In this document: piece after piece, positions 28,601-39,959 of the stretch
How the letters are laid out: each line of letters begins with the position of its first letter
Numbering within the stretch: the first letter of the stretch is position 1
Assembly: GCF_000143415.4 (NCBI RefSeq)
Contig: NW_003314331.1
Span: 62,001 to 126,000 of the forward strand
Source: Selaginella moellendorffii
Lineage: Eukaryota; Plantae; Lycopodiophyta
Reading direction: 5' to 3'
DNA length: 64,000 nt
Translations under genes and position numbers: made by a program
Notes under the pieces: model-generated
What the model saw: the letters and a program-made list of their open reading frames with translations, nothing else
Database searches by the model: none
What the model was told of the DNA's origin: nothing

Positions 28601-28992
28601 GTTTCCGTAGTAGAACCGCGGCCTCACGATGTAGCTCTCGTCCACTACAACTGGCAAAGCGTAGCAGTGCTTCCGGGAGGTGTCATTAAAGTAGCGAAGA
28701 CGCTGCACTATTAGATCCGCATCTTTCTTCAACAAGCTTGAAATGGAAGCTGTCTCTCCGGTGGTGATGTACTTGTCGTCGGGTATCCATTCGATACCAT
28801 TTACATCAGTGTGGCTGTCGAAAGCTCCACAGTCGAGGCTCAAAAATCCTGCACAAGATCGATAGAGTTCTTCCAAAAACCATCTTTCAAATCGATGAAA
28901 TGCTACTCACCTGGTTGCGCTGAAACGTAAGTCTGTGCTGCGAGGATAAAGCCAAGCGTGAAAGGGAGGAGGAGATGATCAGCCGACCACAT
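25644..28992 (-). CDS. Malectin-like domain LRR receptor-like kinase, copy C
   Basis: Same exon structure as copy B; MWSADHLLL…VSAQP start; [14 protein letters not shown] and GTPGYLDPE; splice phases checked at several junctions were consistent; TAA at 25644-25646. Confidence 0.85.
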
Positions 28993-30579
28993 TTTCCGCT
29001 CGAGCGAGCCGAAACTGGGCCCTATTCTCTCAAAGACTTGCATGCTCTCGAGAAAAGCAAACGAGAGAGCGATCCAGCCTGTGCATAGACGACCAAGCAA
29101 AAGAAAGACATAAGAATCAGCAGGATGTTTCACGATCTAAATCAGACAGGCAAGAGAGGAGACTTTGGATATGTCAATGGCAATTCATTTGCATCAAAGC
29201 ACCTTTGAGAATGCCGTAACAAACGCCGTGTTCGTGGCCTGAACGTGGAAGCGTATTAAAATCTATAAAATCAGTGTACGAATCTCACCATTTATCTTAT
29301 GCTTTGTGTTATCACGACTTGCAAGCAGAAACTCCTTTCTTGTTCTATCTACATACGCTATGTCAAGCATGAACTTACATCCTTCAAGCTCAAGGTACAA
29401 AGAGTGAGAAAATGGAATTTATTTTGAAACTCTTCGGTCTAAACTGGACATAGAAAGCGAGACAAAGTGATTGAAGAGCTGAAACAGGAGTACAAACAAG
29501 AGTAAGCTGACGTTCATGACATGTTAATTTTGTTGGAGGACTTTGCTTTTCATCAAGGAATCTAACATCCCAAGTCTTGAAACTCTCGAGGTTCAACTTG
29601 CATGCAAAAATGAATGATTGAAACAAGAGCACAAAGAAAAAGAGGCTACACTTCCAAATTGATGCTGGCCTCGAGCAATTTGAAGGCCACATACATCAAA
29701 ACTAGAAAAAACATCAAATCATATATGACGACTTGCTGAAAGTTTCCATAGATCTTAGATGGGATTCATTTGTACACTGCTTGCAGGAATGGTACCATTC
29801 ACCTAGATACATACTGAGTACTGATTCGATCTAGAACTTCAGCTTCATCAGAAGCGCCGTATATGGGATTGGCAGGCAAGGATGGAGAGAACCTCACCAG
29901 TATGTTGTGGGGCCTGCGCGATCTTGGCCCAGATCGTGAAGTTAATGGTCCAGCTCATGGATGCTCTACACTCCCGAGCAGTGGACTGTGGCGGATATCT
30001 TCGTCTTCAACAATATGATGCCGCTCGAGGTTGCGAGATGGCTGCGAGCCAACTTGAAAACACTCATCAATCGATCAAACTCCACCCCTCCAATCCTCGC
30101 GTTCTTCCACCGATGATAAAACGACTGTCCAATCCGTAGCTGGGCTATCCAAGGCATGGCCTCAATCGTCTCCATAGCATGTTCACTGGCGACCACGGCT
30201 TCCCAGCAGACACTACGCAGTGGAAGCCATCCCATGCTCTAGACCGTAGTGCTCTTCTCCAGCGAGTTTGCCTTTGATCCTCTCCACCTCGCTGCAACAA
30301 CTCAAGGACCCTGTCGAATACAAAAGCTCGAGCGTCGGAAGCCTAAGGCCCACGGAGCTGAACCAACTTGGCCATAGGTCATTCCTCTCTTCCTCAGTGA
30401 AGCTTTCTCGGGAGGTAAGTCTTCCTGCAGATGAAGAGGGTGTGCGGTGCACCGCGATGATACTCAACGATGCTAATGATCCATTCTTTTCTACACTGTC
30501 CGACGTCGGTGTTTTGGATGCAAGGATCGAGGCAGAAAAATTTCCCCTTCTTTTGACTACTTTGTTCCAAGAAAGCTTA

Positions 30580-32440
30580 AAAAGGCATGAAAGCTCTGAA
30601 GAAGAAAAAAACAGTGACGACCTGCTATGGAAAAGTTGTACGTCCGAAGCGCTTGACAAATCCCTTCCCAAGGAAGATCTGAGAACTCTGGCCTCCTTGA
30701 GCTCCTCCACGGCTAGCGATTAGCGCACACACAGAGCAATGCCGGTTGCAAACACTCGAAGAAATTGTTCGCCTTCTTCTCCTCTTCACAGCCATTCTTC
30801 CCGGCCACTTTGTTCTCCAGCTGCTGGATCTCAGCCTCGATCTGGCTGAGTATAACATACGGCCCCGACTTCTCTGGATACGTGAGCCACTCGCGCCAAA
30901 CGAGAGCCTCTCTTCACGTCCTTCGCGTTCTTGCAAGCCCGAGAACCGCCGTCCAGGCCACGAGATCCGGATAGAACGGCATGTTCTCAACGAGCTCGAT
31001 CCTCAACCTGGAAGGCGTCCTGGAAGAGCCGGAACACCTCCCGGCCAGCGCCCACCTTGGCAACCAGTACCATGTAAGTTATCTCGTAGGACACCACGAG
31101 GAAGAGCTCGAGCGTCTCACTGATAGCCGTGGGCATCGAGTTCCAGCACGAGAGGTACTTCCAGCACTCGTCGAAGATCCACCTTCCCACACCTGCCGTA
31201 GAGATTGATCTCATGAGAAGCGCGCTCACGATCACTTGGTCTTTTGGAGGACCTGATCGTGGACGGCGGCCGCTGCCATATCCGCGCAAGCCTCGAGGAC
31301 GCTCGCAAAGGTGATGTGATCGGGCACCACGCCTTCGTGGCCCAGAAGATCCTCCACGACCTCCTCGGGGGAGTGGGACTAAGCCGAGAGCATCGACGTC
31401 CACAGCACCATATCCTTGAAGTCCACACGGTCGAAAACTTCTCCCCGCGAGATCGAGCCTGCCACACCTCCGGTACGTTGATGAGCCCGGTCATCACCAC
31501 CACGGAGGCAGACTTACGGCTTGCTACTCCCGAAGCAAAGCTGTACGATGAAACAGGCCTCCTACAGCTGCGGAGCTTCTCAAGTCCTACGCTCAGCCGC
31601 ACGGCAGAGGGCCGTTCTGTTTGGTTAACCGTACCGAGTCGAGCAACACTTCGCACGAGGTAGATCCAGACGAAGCAGAGGAAAGATGTAGCGTCGAGAG
31701 GTTTTCCAGACGAGATACGGTCTGCTCGTCAGATGCTCAAGGACTACATACTGCCATCCTCTGCCGGACTCTGATAGCACAAGCGACGCTGCAACCAACG
31801 ACGATCAGTCTATCGATGGTGGTGGTGTTCACAGTGACGATAGCGACGATCTCTCAGGAGAAGAGGACGAAGAAGAAGAAGAGGAAGAAGAAGAACAATA
31901 AACTCCTGACCGAGAGTGACGATCGCTACGAAAAAGGCCTTGACTACTACCAAACGGATGCTGCTCGAGGCCAGACGCTCACATCCTCAACTCCGTGCTG
32001 CGTGGAAGGCCCGGAAGATCCAGGACCAGGTGTTCTCGTCGGCCTTCTACGTGGACGTGGGACTTGATTCGCGATAACCTGAATCGGAGTGTCATCTTAT
32101 CAAGCAACCATGTCGGCCTTAACGAAGGAGTATGACGTCGTCGTTGATAATCAAAGTCTGGAAATGCTTCGTCTTTCCAGGCCACCTGTGCGCTTCTCTC
32201 CCACCAAAACGTTTGGATACCCCACAAACCCGACTGCGACTCGCTTCTCCATATCCATAGACGTGTCAAAGCTCGAGTCGGCTTTTTCCTCCTGTGCAAA
32301 ATCAATGGATGGCTGGGATTTGCATCGGAGAAAATGCGCTTGGCCTCTTCCGCCTGCTCGAGCACCACTTGCAAATCCGTGAATTGTGTCATCGCGATGA
32401 TGATGGCCTTCCCAAGCACCTGGCTCCTCTTCTTGCCGGA
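30580..32440. pseudogene. Collapsed, inverted duplicate of the LSG1-PPR block with a nested re-inversion
   Basis: ~30580-31505 (-) matches PPR 40480-41860; ~31506-31890 (+) matches LSG1 37727-38070; ~31905-32060 (+) matches PPR 40300-40480; ~32065-32440 (-) matches LSG1 36180-37700. Confidence 0.8.
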
Positions 32441-32514
32441 AGTAGTAGAGTATAGCCAGGGATCTTTATTATCACATTTTCACTAAAAGAAATATCACAT
32501 TGACCGGTGGTAGA

Positions 32515-33339
32515 TCACGAGTGCCTCTCTGATCCCGTATTCTTCTTCTTGCGCGACGAGCTCTTGTCACCGGATGGATGGAACAATCCTGCCAAGCCGC
32601 CGGGTACATTGGATCCAAGTTCAGTCACAGTGCCGGTTACGCTCAATCCAAGCCCGATAGCTCCGCCGGCTACGCTTGATGCAAGCTCGAGAGCTCCGCC
32701 AGTTACACTTGATCCAAGCTCGAGAACTCCCCCAGTCACGGCAGTGGTTCCAATCTCGAGAGCCTTCCCAGTGTTCTTGGCGGTCTCCACTACACAAGTG
32801 GCGATTACGCTCGATGCTTTGCTAGTGATCGCCATCGCCGTGCCCGCGACACCACCCACAGCTTGCGAGGTTTTTTCACTCACCGCCACAGCAACGTTCT
32901 TGACACCGCCAGCGGCATTTGTGACGATGCTGGCGACGTGGGATCCAACGTTTCCAGTGAAGATCTCGAAGAAGTTGCTCAAGTTGATCTTGACGAAGTT
33001 GCCGGTCACGATATGGATCATGGCTTCGGCTCCAAATGTTGCGACTTCCAAGAGCCAAGCTAGTGGTGACGACCTTGCAAGCACGAAGACCAGGATCCCA
33101 TCGATAAAAAGAACCGCCAGGATGCCGAGAGGGACGAGAAGTGGAAGGAAGAGCAGGAAGATTGGTGTACCGATGAGCAGCACAAAGATGGTTACCAGTG
33201 CGGCAGTGCCGGCCAGCATTCCTCCAGCACAGACAAAGATGAGTCGATGCAAGGTTGGCTTTTCCTGCTTGATTCGATCCATGGCGCCGTGCAAGTATTT
33301 CCAGGTCTTGGCTAGCGCTCGACAAGCTTGCTCGGCCAT
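32515..33339 (-). CDS. Oleosin-like lipid-droplet protein with a long 11-mer-repeat C-terminal extension (274 aa, intronless)
   Basis: Long hydrophobic hairpin containing a proline-knot variant P-IFLLF-L-P-LLV-P (canonical PX5SPX3P); C-terminal G/A/V/T/S-rich 11-residue repeats. Confidence 0.75.
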   Translation of the reverse strand: MAEQACRALAKTWKYLHGAMDRIKQEKPTLHRLIFVCAGGMLAGTAALVTIFVLLIGTPIFLLFLPLLVPLGILAVLFIDGILVFVLARSSPLAWLLEVATFGAEAMIHIVTGNFVKINLSNFFEIFTGNVGSHVASIVTNAAGGVKNVAVAVSEKTSQAVGGVAGTAMAITSKASSVIATCVVETAKNTGKALEIGTTAVTGGVLELGSSVTGGALELASSVAGGAIGLGLSVTGTVTELGSNVPGGLAGLFHPSGDKSSSRKKKNTGSERHS

Positions 33340-33869
33340 GAATCACGCAGCAGGGTGATTGTGAAACCAGATCAAAGCTCCGGAAAAGCTTTGGGACTGG
33401 TGATCTAGTCTCGGGCATAAGCGACACACTCGGTTTTTGCAGTTTCGGAAGCCGATTGAAAACGTGAAATCGGAACCAAGACAGGAGTTGTTGTTACGCA
33501 TTTACTCCGTAACGGGTTGCATGGCTTTCGTTTGTGGATGATGCAAGAGATCTTCCAGATGCAAAAGCCAGCGACTGCGAGCAAAGAGACATCAAGCAAA
33601 AGATGTCTTCGAGGTGGCGTGTTCCATGTCTTCGTTTTTAAGGTGACTCAGGTAACTTGGTTTAGTCCATGCCCTCTTGTTGGCTTTAACTGATCACTTT
33701 TTAAGTTTGTTCAGTTACAAAGACTTACTGTTCTCCCACAGGTGGTGACCTTTGTTTGTCACTTCGAAGAGAGTGCCAATTCCTCCTTTCACGAGATTTT
33801 TATTACGTCCAGAAAGTGATTTATTTGGCGATGACTTCTTTGCCGCGTGCATGTTTATTTACATGACAA

Positions 33870-34000
33870 GTCAGTTTCGGTTTTATCTCAGCTCAACCAG
33901 GTTAGTTGACATAAATCTCCGGTCAAAGGTCTCAAACAGGATTTTTGAGCCTTTGGTATCCAATGGACGACAAGTACATTATAACAGGAGTTGAAGCCTC
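33870..34000 (+). pseudogene. 5' remnant of a malectin-LRR kinase
   Basis: Reverse-complement match to ~21340-21510 (tcagctcaacca.gttagttg; caggattt..tgagcctt; caggagttgaagcctc) with deletions. Confidence 0.65.
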
Positions 34001-34204
34001 CATAAGGTTTTTCAATCAGTTATAAGTCTCTTTTTTGACGTTGCCAGTGCATGGAACTTGGATAGGAACAAGCTTAATTTTGGGACTCCAAGAGATGGAA
34101 ATATATATCTAAGAGCTTACAACAATCTTTCAAGAAATCTAGTTTTTCTCCAAGTTTCAGAAAGCTTGCTTTCCCAAGGCTTGTAAAAGTCGAGCGTGTC
34201 CTCT

Positions 34205-36043
34205 CTACATCCAGCTCTCGAGCTTCTCTCTGTGCAGCTCCTCGAAGGAGAAATCCTCGGCGACCGGTGGAAACAGGCCATCCCTGCTGGGTCTCGATTT
34301 GGTCTCCCAGCCGAGAATCCCTGTGAATGCCTCATGAACATCGTAAAGCACGGACTGACGGGTTGTTGGAACTTCCCTGCAATGCCCAATATACTTCTTG
34401 TAAGCACACCACATAGGTGTGTCTGGAGGCTTTGAAATGTCATAGTCTTCCGGCCGCATGTGAATAAGCTTGCACTTCCGCTCCCTGAGTTCCACAAGAC
34501 AAAAAACAGTCGAGATCATCTGCAGCTTTGGAATCCGATCACGTACCACAAGCTGTCATGAGTGTAGCATCTCAAGGTCTGTTCGATCAGAGATGGGATT
34601 CGCTCCTTTGAGAAGCCACCACCCAACACCTGCGTGATGCAGACACGAAGATGATGTAAGCGCACACTCACAGTAAAGCATGAAGAATTCACTACCTCCT
34701 CCTCCTCCTGCTCTGCAACATCGTGCGTACCGAGCCGGCCATCTAAACAAGCTCTCAGAGTTTGAGAAAGATAAAAAAGGAGGCAACAACTTACACGTCA
34801 AGTCGTGGTCGTAATAGATTCGGAGGTCATAGCGTCCAAGCCAGATGCGAGCGTGCTGCATACAGGTCCCAATGGCGTGGTGGTGCGGCAGCACAGACAA
34901 GGGTGGCCTCTCTGCAACAAGCGATCTCAGAAGTTTGCTGTTCTCGATACCTTGGAGCAGCAGGACAAGTTCCTTGACCAGCAGGGGCATAGAGGGCATT
35001 TCATCGGGAAACCTACGCCGCAGAGGTGGCTTGAGCGGATGTCGAGCAAGCTGCGCATAAGCCCGTCGAACTCCGTCGTGTGCATGTGGAGTCGACAGCA
35101 TGTTCCACCCCTGTTGTCGCAAGTCAAAAGAATGAGAACCGGGAAAGTTGGAAACCAGTGTTGTTACCAGCCTGTCCACCGGGAGTGTGAGAAAGAAGTC
35201 GGCCTTGAGAATCTTGGAAACCAAGCCAAAGAGCTTTGGGACAGCTGCAACGCCATAACGGGAGGGCTTTTGTGTGTTCCCTGACTCTGGTTTACTCGTC
35301 ACCTTTTCGCGCCCTGCAAGTAGAACCGGTGAGACACCAGAGCAACAGATGGTTTCTTACATCTGAATTCCCCATTGGAAGGCATCCGATAGGGGGGTGG
35401 AGCAGAGAAATTCATACCGATAGTGTTGCGTGCCGGTATCTCGGAACTCACTGCCATTCAAACCAAGAAACACATGAAAAAGAAAAGAAAGAGCATGAAC
35501 TTTGTAGGACAAAAACAAACCTTGGATGTTTCTGTTTTCGCAAAACTTTGTCCAAAGTAGCTCCAAGTGCTCGCTCACCTCCTCATCTTGCTTAGCTGCG
35601 TCCAGGGACGAAAGCCTCTGGATTCCAGCTGACGAGAGCAGCTCCTGGCGGGCGAAATCAACCATGCAATCCAGCTGCGCTGCGCCACCCTCCCATCCCA
35701 GCGTCGCAGCGCACGCACTCCTCTCGGCACTAGAGGCGCAGAGGCGAGCAATGTAGCAAACTGCAAGCACCAGGGACAGCGTCTCGTCCACCTCGGCGGA
35801 GTCCCAGCTTTGCAGCATGTATTCCATGCACCGAGCTTCATGCACGTCCAGCGCCGCGGCCTCCTCCTGGTTGGGGCGGGCAGACTTTGCGACAAACTCG
35901 GACACCGTGAGGAGCTTTGCAGCGCTCTCTCTGCATCGTGTGAGAGCTTGATGCAAGTCTCCTTGTTCGTGGCGGCGACCTAGCTGGGTGGCAAGCGATG
36001 ATAGATTCCTACGAAGAACTCGACTGCCCAACCTGGAAAGCAT
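34205..36043 (-). CDS. Uncharacterised multi-exon protein with a mitochondrial-type N-terminus
   Basis: ATG 36043, MLSRLGSRVLRRNLSSLA (Arg/Ser-rich, no acidic residues); successive long minus-strand coding blocks with short introns; 3' end uncertain. Confidence 0.5.
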
Positions 36044-36180
36044 CTCGTGACCTCACAAAGGGCTCCCCAAGATGTGATCTTCCTTTCAATGAAAGTCTTG
36101 CAGAGACCACGCCAAAATATTTTGCTTTGAGTGGTAAAACCCTAGCTATAGCTATACCAGAGATTAGGGTTCTTGCGGCA

Positions 36181-38326
36181 ATGGGGGGGAAGAAGGGGAG
36201 CCAGGTGCTTGGCAAGGCGCTGATCAAGCGGCGGAACGCGGACAAGCAGCACCATCATCATCGCGATGACAAGGCTGGAGCGTCGGCGCTGCAATCTGTG
36301 ATGGAATTCACGGATTTGCAAGTGGTGCTCGAGCAGGCGGAAGAGGCCGAGCGCATTTTCTCCGATGCAAATCCGCCGCCCCAGCTTGTGTCAAGGTGAG
36401 TGCCATACATTTTTTTTTTCCTTTCTAAGCTCGAAGTAACTTGTGGCTCTCGCTCGAATTTCCCAGAGAAGAGAGCTCCAGCGCGAGCTACGATGAGGAT
36501 AAGCGGAGAGAGGAGGTCGAGAACGAGTCCAGTCTCACTGTTCCTCGCAGGTTTGTACGCAGGTTTTTTTCCCTAGAGTTTGGAAGATTGGTCTTTCTCG
36601 TCTTGTGTAGGCCGAAATGGCACAAGAAGATGACCGTGGAGGAGCTTGACACCCAGGAAAGGCAAGCGTTTCTAGAATGGCGTCGGAACCTTGCAAGGTA
36701 TGCTCACTGCAGCACAAAAACGATTTCTTTTTCTAAGATGATGGTGATCTAGGCTGGAGGAGAACGAGAAGCTGGTTATCACTCCGTTTGAGAAAAATCT
36801 CGAGGTGTGGAGACAATTATGGCGTGTGATCGAACGATGCGACCTGGTAACTTGTGGTGATATGGGTAAGCTTCAAGCATAAATCTCGGTCCTTTTGTAG
36901 GTCGTAATGGTGGTGGATGCTAGAAACCCACTATTTTATCGTTGTCCAGACCTGGAGGTAACTTGGAATGCAAGAAAAACTTCGAGTGCTTCTTTGCAAG
37001 GAAAACTTATGTTCGTGATTTACAGGCTTACGTCAAGGAGATTGATGAAAACAAGACAACGCTGTTGCTCTTGAATAAATCTGATCTACTGCCCGTCGCA
37101 ATAAGGTGTGCATTCAGTTCTGTTTCAAAACAAACTCTTAGGCTTGCTTATTTTCTTCCAGAAAAAAATGGGCAAGCTACTTTGACGAGCTGGGACTGGA
37201 TTATATCTTCTGGTCTGCGAAAAGCGCTACAGCAAAACTTGAAGGCAAGGACGATGACCAGGACCTCGATGAAGCAGACGATGGTGATGTTCCGGTTCTA
37301 GGCAGGGAAGAACTTCTAGCCTCATTACAAGTTCGAGCCGAGGGTATCCGCCAGAGACGAAGCGCGGGACAGGAGGAGAAAGCCGACTCGAGCTTTGACA
37401 CGTCTTCGTCGGTGATGGATACGGAGAAGCGAGTTGCAGTCGGGTTTGTGGGGTATCCAAACGTTGGAAAGAGCTCTACGATCAACGTTTTGGTAGGAGA
37501 GAAGCGCACAGGTGTGACTTCAACGCCTGGAAAGACGAAGCATTTCCAAACTTTGATTATCAACGACAGGCTGATGCTCTGCGACTGTCCGGGATTGGTT
37601 TTTCCTTCCTTTACGAGCTCCAAGGCCGACATGGTTGCTGCTGGCGTCCTACCAGTTGATAAGATGACAGACTACAGGGGTCCGATTCAGGTTATCGCGA
37701 ATCAAATCCCACGGAGGCAGCTGGAAGAGACTTACGGCTTGCTACTGCCGAAGCCAAAGCCGTACGAGGATCAAAACAGGCCTCCTACCGCTGCCGAGCT
37801 TCTCAAGTCCTACGCTCAGTCGCGCGGCTATGTAGCTTCGAGAGGTCTTCCAGACGAGACACGATCTGCTCGGCAGATGCTCAAGGACTACCTCAATGGT
37901 AAGCTTTTATACTGCCATACTCCGCCGGACGACGACACCACAAGCGACGATGAAAGCAACGACGATGATGAAGAAGCTGTTGATGAGGGTGGTGTTCACA
38001 GTGACGATGTTGACGATCTCTCAGGAGAAGAGGACGAAGAATACGAAGAAAGAGAAGAGGAAGAGGAAGAAGGATCGAAAACAACTACAGGTACTGGTGA
38101 ATCCAATCTCAAAGCTCGACTGGATGGAATTTTCAGGGACGTCGACTTGAACGCTAGCAAGAGCCAGGGAGCCAAGGCTGTGAAGCCGAAGAAGGCCCTT
38201 CACAAGATGCAGAAGAAAGCTCCCAGGAAGAAAGACCGCTCGTGGAGAGTGAAAGACGACGAGAGCGACGGCATGGCTCGCGTAAAAGGGATATCAGTCT
38301 CCGTGAGCTATGGAGCAGCTCGCTAG
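36181..38326 (+). CDS. LSG1: Large-subunit GTPase 1 (circularly permuted 60S maturation GTPase)
   Basis: FLEWRRNLA, TPFEKNLEVWRQLWRV, DARNP, NKSD, GYPNVGKSS, TPGKTKHFQT and DCPGLVFP in permuted G-motif order; acidic tail; multi-exon. Confidence 0.93.
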
Positions 38327-38481
38327 CTTGCTACATCCAGTCGCAGCAAGTCCATCAAGATGGTGCTGGCCAGATACGAAGCAAATGATCCAAAGTTTCG
38401 CTTCGCTGTGTCTCGCGCCATGGAATGAAACACAAGCTTTGTGTAGCCTTCGTGAGATCTTGGAGAGAGCTGGATGTAGAG

Positions 38482-39864
38482 CTACACAGCATCCTCGTCC
38501 GTGGCCGAGAGTCCCAGCAAGTTCATCAAGTGAAAACTCCGTCCATGGTGCTGGCCGAAGATCGAAGAAAAGGATCCAAAGTTTTGTTCGGGCATTCTCT
38601 CCAGAAGCTTTTCGGCCTCCTCGAGCTCCCCGTTCGTGACAAACGCTCCAAGCAAGGCGTTCCAGGCAACAACAGTGCGTTCTTCCATGGTGTCAAACAG
38701 CCTCTTTGCGTGGTGCGTCTGGCCGTTTCGTCCAAACGCAGCCACCATAGCCGTGCTCGAGATGGTGTTAAACTCCGGCATGGAATCAAACAGAATCTTT
38801 GCTGCTTCAATGTACCCCTTGCCGCTGTAAGCTTGCAGCATGAGAGTATATGCCGCTAAGTTCCTCTGTGGCATGGAATCAAATAGTTCTTTTACTCCGT
38901 ACATATGCCCATTCCGGGCATATGCTCCTAAAAGCACGTTCCACGACACCACGTCCGTTTGAGGCATCAAATCGAATGTCCGTTTTGCCCCGTACATGTG
39001 ACCGGACATGGAATATGCCGTCAGCATGGTGCTCCACGACACAACGGTACGCTCGCACATTCCGTCAAACACGATCTTCGCCTCTTCCAGATGCCCACTT
39101 CGGGCATATGCTGCCAGCATGGCATTCCACGTGAGCACATTATGCTCCACGGCGCTTTCAAAGCACCGACGTGCATCTTCTACGCGGCCGCGCTCCCCAA
39201 AAGCGCTTACCATGGTCGTCCACGTCACCACGTTCCACGAGGGCATCCTGGTGAATAGAGTCTTAATGTCTTCCAGATGCCCGACTTGGGAATATCCTGA
39301 CAAGAGAGCATTCCAAGATACTAAGTCTCTATTGGGCATATAATCGAATATTTGCTTGGCTTGGCATATACGAAGCTCTTGAGAGTAGGATGTGAGGAGT
39401 GTGTTCCACGAGAAGAGATCTGGGTCGGGAATTAGGTCAAAAATCTCTTGTGCGTCTTGCAAATGCCCGCGCGTGGCATAGGCGCGGAGCATCGTCGTCC
39501 AGGAGACCTTGTCCTTGCAGGGATTGCGATCGAAGACCTCCTTGGCGCCGGCGAGATCGTCGTTGCGCGCGTGGGCGCCCAGCAAAATATTCCACGAGAA
39601 ATCGTTTGGATCCGGCATGGCATCGAAGACGCCGCGTGCGTCGTGGAGCGCGCCGCAGCTGCCATACATTTGGATGAGGAGATTGGCCAGGAATTTGTCC
39701 CCGGCGTGATCGCTCTCCAGGATCCGAGCGTGGAGTGATCTCCCCAGTGCTAGACTCCTGCAAGATCTCACCGCCGCTATGAGGAGTTCGCGGCTCTCGA
39801 TCCAGGAGGGATCGCCATCGCGTCGATTGGCGATCTTGAGAGGCTGGCAAGTGCTCGCGCTCAT
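38482..39864 (-). CDS. PLS-class pentatricopeptide repeat protein (460 aa; no E domain seen, possibly truncated)
   Basis: LLIQMYGSCG and repeated 31-aa S motifs (VSWNALLSGYSQVGHLEDIKTLFTRMP). Confidence 0.85.
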   Translation of the reverse strand: MSASTCQPLKIANRRDGDPSWIESRELLIAAVRSCRSLALGRSLHARILESDHAGDKFLANLLIQMYGSCGALHDARGVFDAMPDPNDFSWNILLGAHARNDDLAGAKEVFDRNPCKDKVSWTTMLRAYATRGHLQDAQEIFDLIPDPDLFSWNTLLTSYSQELRICQAKQIFDYMPNRDLVSWNALLSGYSQVGHLEDIKTLFTRMPSWNVVTWTTMVSAFGERGRVEDARRCFESAVEHNVLTWNAMLAAYARSGHLEEAKIVFDGMCERTVVSWSTMLTAYSMSGHMYGAKRTFDLMPQTDVVSWNVLLGAYARNGHMYGVKELFDSMPQRNLAAYTLMLQAYSGKGYIEAAKILFDSMPEFNTISSTAMVAAFGRNGQTHHAKRLFDTMEERTVVAWNALLGAFVTNGELEEAEKLLERMPEQNFGSFSSIFGQHHGRSFHLMNLLGLSATDEDAV

Positions 39865-39959
39865 CTCTCTCGCTGGATTTCTCTCACATTTCCTTGGAAT
39901 TTTTCTAGGGTTCTAAGGCCTGGGGGTTTAGGGTTTTACGCGAGGTCTCGCGCCGCCCA

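Noticed and set aside
32507-33358. 283-aa plus-strand ORF with PPVTLDPSS repeats
   Set aside because: Antisense of the oleosin-like gene; the opposite strand has an ATG and a recognisable motif.
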